Of a DNA stretch of 63,904 bases, positions 19,796-28,402 are shown piece by piece. The stretch is taken from assembly GCA_964450945.1 (NCBI GenBank), contig CAYVHI010000001.1, forward strand, positions 1 to 63,904. Direction: 5' to 3'. This DNA is from an uncultured Rickettsiales bacterium. Lineage in GTDB: Bacteria; Pseudomonadota; Alphaproteobacteria; Rickettsiales; JABDBP01. The translations under genes were made by a program, and so were the position numbers. Position 1 is the stretch's first letter, and each line of letters begins with the position of its first letter. Under the pieces are notes generated by a model. It worked only from the letters and a program-made list of their open reading frames with translations, had not been told where the DNA came from and searched no databases.

Positions 19796-20257
19796 ATGTG
19801 GAGACCAGATACATTAGGATTAATAAATCGTTTTACCAGCGGAAAAATCATTGAGGATTTTAAGGAAGCATTCGAAGGACTTTCAGTAATGTTTTCGAAT
19901 TTATTTGGCGGTGGCCAGGATAAGCAAGCTCAAGGCCATGGAGATGTCAGCCCTTCCACAGCACCTAACCGTTCTGGTGGAAGAGGTCAGCAGGTTGATA
20001 GCGAGGGTTATGCTTTGAATAAGGATGGTACTCACGTAGTAGAAATAGTTGGTGATAATAGCTACACTGTAAGCAGTTATAAGGATGGAAAAGGCAACTC
20101 TATAAGCAAGGGTCAATTTGATAGGATTATAGAAGAAGCCAGGGAAAGAGCGGGTCCAATCCAAGGAACATATAGGGGTGGTGATGAGAAAGGTACCACA
20201 GTAAAAGCCGCCGCTTCTCCCGGTGAAGCAAAATCAGGCCATCGTCAAGTTTCTTAA
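19796..20257 (+). CDS. Hypothetical protein
   Basis: 153 aa ORF with host-like composition, RBS gggag upstream. Confidence 0.6.
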   Translation: MWRPDTLGLINRFTSGKIIEDFKEAFEGLSVMFSNLFGGGQDKQAQGHGDVSPSTAPNRSGGRGQQVDSEGYALNKDGTHVVEIVGDNSYTVSSYKDGKGNSISKGQFDRIIEEARERAGPIQGTYRGGDEKGTTVKAAASPGEAKSGHRQVS

Positions 20258-20385
20258 AAAAACTACTGTCTATAAGGAAGTTTTTCATTTTAAATGCCAA
20301 AATCAAACATTTCTTGATTTTTTTCCCCCAAGGCCTATAACTACGCTTCTCACATAAAATCAGACAGAAAGAAGATAGTATTTTT

Positions 20386-21963
20386 ATGCCTAAAGTATTG
20401 ATTTCAGATAAGCTAAGCCAGCAGGCTGTAGATATATTTAAAAAGAACAAGGTCGATGTTGATGTAAAAACCGGCCTCTCTGAAGATGAGCTGATTAAAA
20501 TCATCGGCGAATATGATGGCCTTGCCATCCGCTCTGCAACAAAGGTTACCAAAAAGGTACTTGAAGCTGCCAAAAAATTAAAAGTTGTCGGCCGCGCCGG
20601 TATTGGTGTTGATAACGTGGATATCCCTGCTGCAACAGCGGCGGGCATAATCGTAATGAACACACCTTTTGGCAACTCCATAACTACTGCTGAACATTCA
20701 ATCGCGCTTATGATGTCACTCGCGCGTGAGATTCCTGCTGCTAATACTTCTACTCAGGCTGGCAAGTGGGAGAAAAATAAATTCATGGGTGTTGAGCTTT
20801 ATTCAAAAACCCTTGGTCTCATTGGTTGCGGCAATATAGGCTCTATAGTTGCTGACCGCGCTCAGGGGCTAAAAATGAAAGTCGTTGTGTATGATCCGTT
20901 CTTAACGCCGGAGCGCGCAAAAGACATAAACGTTGAAAAAGTTGAGCTTGATGATCTGTTAAAACGCGCGGATTTCATATCTCTCCACACACCACTCAAT
21001 GAACAGACAAAAAATATTTTGAATAAACAATCGCTGGCAAAATGCAAGAAAGGTGTTCGCATTGTTAACTGCGCACGCGGCGGCCTGGTTGATGAAAATG
21101 CCCTCAAGGAAGCAATTGATTCCGGCCATGTTGCGGGTGCGGCGTTTGACGTATTCACCGAAGAACCGGCAAAAACAAATCCGCTTTTCGGTTCGGAAAA
21201 AACCGTGTGCACACCGCATCTTGGCGCTTCAACATCTGAAGCTCAGGAGAATGTGGCGCTCCAGGTTGCTGAACAGATTTCAGAATACTTAACAACTGGC
21301 ACAGTAACCAACGCAATCAATATGCCTTCGGTCTCCGCTGAGGATGCAGCGAAGTTAAAACCATACCTGCAGCTTGCGGATCAGCTTGGCAGCTTCGCCG
21401 GCCAGCTCACAGAGAGCGCAATAAAAGCAATCAAGATTGAATATGAAGGTTCGGTTGCGGAACTTAACACAAGGCCGATCACCGCGGTTCTTGTTAAAGG
21501 GCTTCTCACTCCGCTGGTTGAAGGTGTGAATATGGTGAACGCTCCTGTTGTTGCCAAGGAGCGCAATATAAAGATCAGTGAAGTTAAAAATGAAGAGTGT
21601 GATGATTATCAAACAATCATCCGCTTAACAGTCACAACAGAAAAGCGTGACCGTACAATCACCGGAACACTTTTCGGCGGCACAAAACCACGTATCGTGG
21701 AAGTCGGCGGCATCAAGCTTGAAGCTGGTTTAGGGCCACGCATGCTTTATGTTAATAATGAAGATAAACCGGGTTTAATCGGCAATCTTGGAAAACTTCT
21801 TGGTGATGCTGGTGTTAATATCGCGAACTTCAATCTGGGGCGTAACGATGCCAAGAATGATGCGATAGCGTTACTTGAAATCGATCAGGAAATTTCCAAG
21901 GATGTCTGTGAAAAGATCGGCAAGCTGCCAAGCGTTAAACAAGTTAAGGTGATGAAGTTTTAA
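20386..21963 (+). CDS. serA: D-3-phosphoglycerate dehydrogenase
   Basis: GRAGIGVDNVD, NTPFGNSITTAEH, GCGNIG, TPHLGAST.EAQ, C-terminal ACT domain (D.PGLIG). Confidence 0.97.
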   Translation: MPKVLISDKLSQQAVDIFKKNKVDVDVKTGLSEDELIKIIGEYDGLAIRSATKVTKKVLEAAKKLKVVGRAGIGVDNVDIPAATAAGIIVMNTPFGNSITTAEHSIALMMSLAREIPAANTSTQAGKWEKNKFMGVELYSKTLGLIGCGNIGSIVADRAQGLKMKVVVYDPFLTPERAKDINVEKVELDDLLKRADFISLHTPLNEQTKNILNKQSLAKCKKGVRIVNCARGGLVDENALKEAIDSGHVAGAAFDVFTEEPAKTNPLFGSEKTVCTPHLGASTSEAQENVALQVAEQISEYLTTGTVTNAINMPSVSAEDAAKLKPYLQLADQLGSFAGQLTESAIKAIKIEYEGSVAELNTRPITAVLVKGLLTPLVEGVNMVNAPVVAKERNIKISEVKNEECDDYQTIIRLTVTTEKRDRTITGTLFGGTKPRIVEVGGIKLEAGLGPRMLYVNNEDKPGLIGNLGKLLGDAGVNIANFNLGRNDAKNDAIALLEIDQEISKDVCEKIGKLPSVKQVKVMKF

Positions 21964-21969
21964 AACAAA

Positions 21970-22020
21970 AGAGGGAGGGGTGTTTCCCCACATGCTTTCG
22001 CATGTGGCACCCCTCCCTCT
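21970..22020. terminator. Bidirectional terminator between serA and the pilin cassette
   Basis: agagggaggggtg...cacccctccctct with inner ccacatgc-tttc-gcatgtgg. Confidence 0.7.
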
Positions 22021-22023
22021 AGC

Positions 22024-22260
22024 TTACACCGGAGGATCCGGTTTCGGCTCAGACGGTTTCAGCGCATCATTTGACCCAAGGGTCGTGACCGCCGCGATAC
22101 AAACCACTATGATCAGTGCCAGCATCACCGCGTACTCGACTTGCGTCGGGCCATCCTCGCGCTTCAAGAAATCAGTCAAGCTACGAACCAGCGGAGACTT
22201 CGGCTGTTTGCCCGACTCCTCCGGAGGACCCGTAGTTGTGACGTCTTTCTCGCCCGCCAT
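22024..22260 (-). CDS. flp: Flp/Fap-type (type IVb) pilin, cassette-like
   Basis: FLKREDGPTQVEYAVMLALIIVVCIAAVTTLG pilin motif; RBS gaaagggggtgataaacATG. Confidence 0.8.
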   Translation of the reverse strand: MAGEKDVTTTGPPEESGKQPKSPLVRSLTDFLKREDGPTQVEYAVMLALIIVVCIAAVTTLGSNDALKPSEPKPDPPV

Positions 22261-22441
22261 GTTTATCACCCCCTTTCGTTGGCGTGTATGGCGTTACCGC
22301 ACCAATCCATTGGGTACACCCCAACAGCCGTGCAGACATCAAGGGAGCATTATACCAGCCAAATATTACTGTTTTATTAATAAAATTACTTTTCTTTTAT
22401 AAAAAATACTTATTAATCAATATATTATTCAAGACGGGTCT

Positions 22442-22457
22442 TTAAACCTTTCTTAAC
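22442..22457 (+). promoter_or_regulatory. CtrA-type box
   Basis: ttaaacctttcttaac, 22 nt before the 22480 ATG. Confidence 0.55.
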
Positions 22458-22479
22458 CATAGTCAGTTACCCTATAGCT

Positions 22480-23850
22480 ATGGTTAATAATACTTTACTC
22501 GAAGATACGCTTAACAGGCTGCAGGTTGAAACGGCTAGGGTGAATTTCATCACCAAACCCGGATACATGGGTATTAAGGTGAAATTGGACCATCCTTTTG
22601 ACCACATTCTGAAAGGTTATAAAGGCGATAAGGCAACCCTTCTCAGGGCGGCGGAAATGTTATATCGGCTGGTTCCGGTTTTTCCGCGCGATGAAAAACA
22701 TTTTTTTGATGGTCTTGGTGAACTTAGAAAAATCATTGATGCAAAAAATTCTGTCAGCCTCACCAGTACCCAACTTAAAGATTTCCATACAAAATACTTA
22801 GATGGCCTTAAGGTTTTATACGAGGATATTTGTTTTAAATTCCCCCAAACCCTGCATGATGATCAATCCAAGCTGGATAAAGATTATAAATCAAGGCCAG
22901 CAATCATCATGCGCGCTCCTGATGATTCCAATCAGAGCCTAAGAACTATTAATATAAATCTGGAAAGAAGGTTCCGGTGGGAGGCATTACGCCGCGTGCT
23001 GGAGGAAGAAGGCGCACGCGTCATTGTTGTTGAACCTTCAAGATCATATATTACCGGCAGGAATGAGGTTTTCCCGCGGGATCCATTATTTATTGATGGG
23101 AGCGGAAATATCTATCTTCCTTCCGTCGGGACAAGATCAAACTTCCAAGTACTTGCCCATGAGCAGCCGGGTATTGTTGCAAAAATCATCGAGGAAGGTT
23201 TGGTGCGCTCGGAAAAACCTTATCACAAAAAAATGACAGATATGGAGATAAGAAGGAATTTAGAAACCTTCACTTCACGCTTTGTAGAAATGCAGCACTG
23301 CAGTATCGAGTGGGGCAATGTTGTCTATGATAAAACCCGCAACATTATCTTTCTGGGTGTTCATCAGGTTGAAGGGAAGATACACCCTTACTCAGCATTA
23401 AATGCCCTTGAAATAGCCAGGGTAACAGGTATCAAAGTAGTTCCTGTCCCCTTAACACAACCAAAATATTATCACCTTGATACCTTCATGCGCATCCTTG
23501 AAGATGGAGTAATTGAAATTTACCCACATGCAACCAATGAAGAAGGTATAAGAAATATTCTTGATGCAACCGGCCTGAAATATGAAAATCTTAAAATCTT
23601 AAAAGAGGGTCAGGCAAGTAAACTGGGTGCCAACTCCGTTTCTCTTCCAGATAAAAAAGTTATTCTAACCAGTGATGATGAGGAAATGGAAAGAGATCTT
23701 ATAGAAAGAGGTTTTATGCCGGTTAGTCCAAAAACATATAATCTGCCGTTTGATACTTTTGCTTACGGAGATGGCGGCGTGCATTGCCTTACACTTGAGG
23801 CTTATGCCCTACAGGAAGCATTGCAAAGAAGGAATGAAAAGGGAAAATAA
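22480..23850 (+). CDS. Amidinotransferase/arginine-deiminase-superfamily (pentein) protein with N-terminal extension
   Basis: VFPRDP, EWGNV (EGGD-like), YHLDT and C-terminal GGVHCLT with the catalytic Cys. Confidence 0.75.
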   Translation: MVNNTLLEDTLNRLQVETARVNFITKPGYMGIKVKLDHPFDHILKGYKGDKATLLRAAEMLYRLVPVFPRDEKHFFDGLGELRKIIDAKNSVSLTSTQLKDFHTKYLDGLKVLYEDICFKFPQTLHDDQSKLDKDYKSRPAIIMRAPDDSNQSLRTININLERRFRWEALRRVLEEEGARVIVVEPSRSYITGRNEVFPRDPLFIDGSGNIYLPSVGTRSNFQVLAHEQPGIVAKIIEEGLVRSEKPYHKKMTDMEIRRNLETFTSRFVEMQHCSIEWGNVVYDKTRNIIFLGVHQVEGKIHPYSALNALEIARVTGIKVVPVPLTQPKYYHLDTFMRILEDGVIEIYPHATNEEGIRNILDATGLKYENLKILKEGQASKLGANSVSLPDKKVILTSDDEEMERDLIERGFMPVSPKTYNLPFDTFAYGDGGVHCLTLEAYALQEALQRRNEKGK

Positions 23851-23851
23851 T

Positions 23852-25105
23852 TTATCCGCCTATCTTTTTAAGCCGTGCCAGATTTTTTTCTGACATTGAA
23901 AACTCAAGAATAGTTTTATCTTTTTCATCTTTCCGTTTTACATCTTCACCGTGTTCATAAATCCAGGCTATGAGTTTGCCGTTGCTGGCATCAACTTTTA
24001 TTGATTTTCTTGGTTTATCACTGGCAAGTTTCTTATCAATAACTTTAATTAGGTACTCGCATCCCGTGCCTTTTAGTGCAGAGATTGCCACATAATCCTT
24101 ATGTTCGGAATTTAAGATAAGATTTTCGGCCGCATCCTTCCCAAGTTTATCGATTTTGTTATAAACTTCGATAAATGATGAAACCATTTTTGGCTTGAGT
24201 CCCAGATCACGCAGAACTTCCCTCACATCTTCATTTTCAGCTTCGGTCATCTCACTTGAGATATCTCGCACATGGATTATAAGGTCAGCCTCAATCACTT
24301 CTTCAAGCGTGGCGCGGAAAGCGGCAACAAGCTGGGTGGGAAGATCAGATATGAAACCCACCGTATCAGATAAAATTATTTTCCGGTTTGAAGGTAGATC
24401 TATTAGTCGCATGGTCGGGTCAAGCGTTGCAAAGAGTTTATCCTCAGCCACCACTTCCGCATGGGTAAGGCGGTTGAACAGGGTTGATTTTCCGGCGTTG
24501 GTATAACCAACAAGCGCAACAATCGGATAAGGAACGCTTTTCCTTGATTTCCTGTGCAGCGCCCGCATTTTTTTTACTTTCTCAAGTTCTTTTTTGATTT
24601 TCGCGATGCGGTCGGAAATCAGTCTTCGGTCAATTTCCAGCTGTGTTTCGCCAGGGCCGGCCATCACGCCGAAACCACCGCGCTGCCTTTCCAAGTGAGT
24701 CCATGTCCTGACCAGCCGGCTTTTCTGGTAATCGAGCGATGCAAGCTCCACCTGTAGCTGGCCTTCTGATGTTCTTGCGCGGCTGGCAAAAATCTCGATT
24801 ATCATAGCAGTGCGGTCAATCACCTTGCAGTTCCAGGCTTTCTCAAGGTTCCTCTGCTGCACTGGGGTCAGCAGGCAATCTACCACCACCAGTTTTACAA
24901 AACGGTTTAGAACAAGGTTCCTTATCTCTTCAACCTTGCCTTTGCCAAGATATGTTGGCGGGTTTATTTCCCGCAAATGCACCAGCTCGCCACCAACAAC
25001 TTTCAGGTTCAGAGCTTCAGCCAAACCTTTGGCTTCCTCCAAACTATCTTCAGGTGTACGGAGTGAAACTTTATCCCTCTCCCTCATATAGGGGTGGATT
25101 ACCAA
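23852..25105 (-). CDS. hflX: GTPase HflX
   Basis: EIFASRART.EG.LQVELA, GPGETQLEIDRR, VGYTNAGKSTL, DTVGFI; exact start uncertain. Confidence 0.96.
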   Translation of the reverse strand: MVIHPYMRERDKVSLRTPEDSLEEAKGLAEALNLKVVGGELVHLREINPPTYLGKGKVEEIRNLVLNRFVKLVVVDCLLTPVQQRNLEKAWNCKVIDRTAMIIEIFASRARTSEGQLQVELASLDYQKSRLVRTWTHLERQRGGFGVMAGPGETQLEIDRRLISDRIAKIKKELEKVKKMRALHRKSRKSVPYPIVALVGYTNAGKSTLFNRLTHAEVVAEDKLFATLDPTMRLIDLPSNRKIILSDTVGFISDLPTQLVAAFRATLEEVIEADLIIHVRDISSEMTEAENEDVREVLRDLGLKPKMVSSFIEVYNKIDKLGKDAAENLILNSEHKDYVAISALKGTGCEYLIKVIDKKLASDKPRKSIKVDASNGKLIAWIYEHGEDVKRKDEKDKTILEFSMSEKNLARLKKIGG

Positions 25106-25310
25106 ACAGTTAATTACCTGATCTTTATAATCTTTTTCTTTCAGAAGCGGCTCTTATGATAAAATATCTACAGCTAAGGACATCAGGGGATTATAATTCA
25201 TTTCCATTAAATTTATCAATATTTTACATAGACCTTTTAGCAATTGCATATTATGATGCACCGCTTTTTGTTTAGCTGGTGTTATTCCTAATAATTCGCT
25301 GTGGTGCACC

Positions 25311-25390
25311 GAAAACTATGATTTTCGAGAACCGTAGCGGAGTGTATGGAATAATACATGAGCAACGGAAGCGGAGAAAATCATAATTTG
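25311..25390. repeat. RPE-like palindromic element, family 1
   Basis: Arms aactatgattttc / gaaaatcataattt; core ggagtgtatggaataatacatgagc. Confidence 0.7.
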
Positions 25391-25413
25391 CAGGTCAGCA
25401 CAGTAGAATTAGA

Positions 25414-26706
25414 ATGAGTAATGTAGCGGTAATAGGCTCGCAGTGGGGCGATGAAGGAAAAGGAAAGATTGTTGATTTCCTTTCTGAGAAAGCCGATGTT
25501 GTGGTGCGTTTCCAGGGCGGGCATAATGCTGGCCACACCCTTGTCATAGATGGGGTTACCTATAAACTCAGCCTGCTTCCTTCAGGAATTGTAAGGAAAG
25601 GCAAGGTTTCTGTTATTGGTAACGGCGTTGTTATAGATCCTGTTGCATTGCTTAATGAAATAAAATCCCTTGAAAAGATGGGCGTGTCCATTACTCCAGA
25701 CAATCTTATTGTTGCTGAGAATGCTTCACTTATCCTGCCTCTGCACAAGCATCTGGATAATTCAGCAGAAGAAATGCGTGGTGGCAGTAAGTTAGGAACA
25801 ACCGGCCGCGGCATCGGCCCGGCATATGAGGATAAGGTTGGCAGAAGGAATATTCGCGTCTGCGATCTTGAAGATATGCCAACTCTAAAAAAACGCCTGA
25901 AAGACCTGGTTGAATATCACAATGCTCTGCGCCGCGGCATCAATGCTCCTGAGTTTGATTTTGAAGAAATATTTAATGAGTTGAAAGAAATCGCGCCAAA
26001 AATCCTTCAGTTCGCAAAACCGGCGTGGCTGGTACTTGATAACATGCGCCAACGCGGCAAACGTATACTTTTTGAAGGCGCGCAAGGCATAATGCTTGAT
26101 ACCGATCACGGCACTTATCCTTATGTAACTTCTTCCAATACGGTTGCAGGAACCGCATTCTCAGGAACAGGTATAGGCGTTGGCAGCGTTGGTTATATCC
26201 TTGGCATTACCAAAGCATATTCCACCCGCGTTGGCAGTGGCCCCTTCCCTACCGAACAAATGAACGGTATTGGTGAAAAACTCGGTGAAAGAGGTAATGA
26301 ATTCGGCACAGTAACAGGCAGGAAAAGGAGATGCGGCTGGTTTGATTCAGTGCTTGTCCGCCAGGCGGTAAAGATTGCTGGCATAAGCGGCATCGCGCTT
26401 ACAAAACTAGATGTGCTTGATGGCATAAACCCGATACAGATATGCGTAGGTTATGATTATAAGGGAAAATTTTATGATTATCTTCCTGCTTCTGCAAAAA
26501 TCCAGAGTGAGATAAAACCTATATATGAAGAGATGGAAGGCTGGGATATAACCACCCGTGGTGCCCGCAGCTTCAAGGATATTCCAGCAAACGCGGTAAA
26601 ATACATCCGCCGTATAGAAGAATTGATAGAAGCGCCTGTAGCGCTGCTTTCCACCTCACCCGCACGTGAAGATACCATAGTAGTAAAAGACCCATTTGTT
26701 ACTTAG
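25414..26706 (+). CDS. purA: Adenylosuccinate synthetase
   Basis: [46 protein letters not shown]. Confidence 0.98.
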   Translation: MSNVAVIGSQWGDEGKGKIVDFLSEKADVVVRFQGGHNAGHTLVIDGVTYKLSLLPSGIVRKGKVSVIGNGVVIDPVALLNEIKSLEKMGVSITPDNLIVAENASLILPLHKHLDNSAEEMRGGSKLGTTGRGIGPAYEDKVGRRNIRVCDLEDMPTLKKRLKDLVEYHNALRRGINAPEFDFEEIFNELKEIAPKILQFAKPAWLVLDNMRQRGKRILFEGAQGIMLDTDHGTYPYVTSSNTVAGTAFSGTGIGVGSVGYILGITKAYSTRVGSGPFPTEQMNGIGEKLGERGNEFGTVTGRKRRCGWFDSVLVRQAVKIAGISGIALTKLDVLDGINPIQICVGYDYKGKFYDYLPASAKIQSEIKPIYEEMEGWDITTRGARSFKDIPANAVKYIRRIEELIEAPVALLSTSPAREDTIVVKDPFVT

Positions 26707-26730
26707 GTCTTCTTGAAGTAAAATCATTTC

Positions 26731-28338
26731 GTGCAGATATCAAATTTGATTAATTTCATTTACCGCCATGCTGGGATAATCGCCACAGCAACATTTATCT
26801 TTTTTATATCTTATGTAATATATCTAGCATGGGTAGTTGAAGATGCTTACATAACTTTCCGCGTTGTTGATAATTTTGTAAATGGCTACGGCCTTACCTG
26901 GAATAGTGATGAGCGTGTCCAGGCATATACCAGCCCTTTGTGGATGCTTCTGCACATACCATTCCATTTTTTCTATCAGGGTATACATAATGTAACCATC
27001 GCCATCTCGGTTATAATTACAATTGCCACCTGTTACATAATATTTCTTGCATTCAGGAAAAATTATCTGTTGCTGGCAGCAATTTTTATAGCACTTTCAG
27101 GCTCGCGCGGCTTTGTTGAATATTCAACTTCCGGCCTTGAAAATCCACTCACCCATTTCTGGCTGGCACTGTTTTACTATAATCTCTTCATAAGAAGAAC
27201 AGGATGGTACAATCTCATTCTCATCGCATCATTAGCTCTTGTCACGCGCATGGATACAATAATATTTTACCTTCCTGCCATAATTTTAACGGCACCTGAT
27301 TTTAGAAAAATAAATTTTAAAAAAATAATACTCTGCCTTTCTCCATTTCTGGCATGGAGTTTGTTCAGCCTGTTTTATTATGGGTTCATATTTCCTAATA
27401 CTAAATATGCAAAACTTGGTAGCGATGCTGATTTATGGCTTATCATACTAAGCGGCCTGCGTTATATTTTTTATGATTTTTTTGTAAATCATCTGCCGGG
27501 GTTTATTTTAACATTTATAACTTTTTTTATTTCACTTTCTTACTTCTGGTACAGAGAAAATAATCCGCAAAAGAATTATTTTATCTCTATGTCAGCCGGA
27601 ACATTCTTTTACATCATATATCTTATATGGATAGGTGGAGATTTCATGTCTGGCCGCATGTTTACAGGAATAATCCTTGTAAGCATAATTTTATCCGCCA
27701 TGTTTGTAGATTCACAAAAAAATACCAGGAAATGGACGGGCTGTTTTTTTATTTTTATCATTCTCCTCTCCATTGCAGGTGAATTTTTTGCAGAGCGCCT
27801 GCCTGCTACAACCAGAACCATAAACCGCAATACAAAACCATATGAAGTCGGTCAGGAATGGCCGGTATATGCAAAAGCAACCGGATTGTTCAATAAAGAC
27901 AACCTTAAGCCCTGGGATTTTGAATTTTACCAGCATGGCCTCTATGAAAGAGATGTGGCAAGAAATATGCCGCCAGGCGAGAAAAAAACCCGTATAGTCA
28001 TGGCAAGCGGTATGTGCGGCTATGCTGCCGGTCCAAATGTTGTCATAATTGATCTTTATGGGTTGGGCGACCCACTACTTGCAAGATTACCAGTAATGAG
28101 CAAGACAGATTGGTGGCGGGTTGGGCATTTTAACCGCAAGGTACCAGAAGGGTACCTGGAGTTTCGCAGAACCGGTGATATAAAATTAATGGATATGAAT
28201 CTCAGGCTATATTATGAACCATTGAAATTTATTATTAGCGGGCCTTTATGGAGCATGGAACGCATTATTACCATAGTGGAATTTAATCTTGGTTTATATG
28301 ACCCATACCGGGATATATATTTAAAAAAAATGGAGTAA
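26731..28338 (+). CDS. Polytopic membrane glycosyltransferase (GT-C, AftB-like)
   Basis: EDAYITFRVVDN...G.GL.WN..ERVQAYTSPLW, SGLENPL, GGDFMSGR, GH..R.VP.GY; many TM helices. Confidence 0.7.
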   Translation: MQISNLINFIYRHAGIIATATFIFFISYVIYLAWVVEDAYITFRVVDNFVNGYGLTWNSDERVQAYTSPLWMLLHIPFHFFYQGIHNVTIAISVIITIATCYIIFLAFRKNYLLLAAIFIALSGSRGFVEYSTSGLENPLTHFWLALFYYNLFIRRTGWYNLILIASLALVTRMDTIIFYLPAIILTAPDFRKINFKKIILCLSPFLAWSLFSLFYYGFIFPNTKYAKLGSDADLWLIILSGLRYIFYDFFVNHLPGFILTFITFFISLSYFWYRENNPQKNYFISMSAGTFFYIIYLIWIGGDFMSGRMFTGIILVSIILSAMFVDSQKNTRKWTGCFFIFIILLSIAGEFFAERLPATTRTINRNTKPYEVGQEWPVYAKATGLFNKDNLKPWDFEFYQHGLYERDVARNMPPGEKKTRIVMASGMCGYAAGPNVVIIDLYGLGDPLLARLPVMSKTDWWRVGHFNRKVPEGYLEFRRTGDIKLMDMNLRLYYEPLKFIISGPLWSMERIITIVEFNLGLYDPYRDIYLKKME

Positions 28339-28402
28339 TAATTCTTTTTTATATTTTTCATTCAAGTATATTAATATATCCTCTATAACAGGGTAAAAAT
28401 AT

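Noticed and set aside
25106-25310. hfq upstream of hflX
   Set aside because: No Sm-like ORF in the gap; the absence is only noted.
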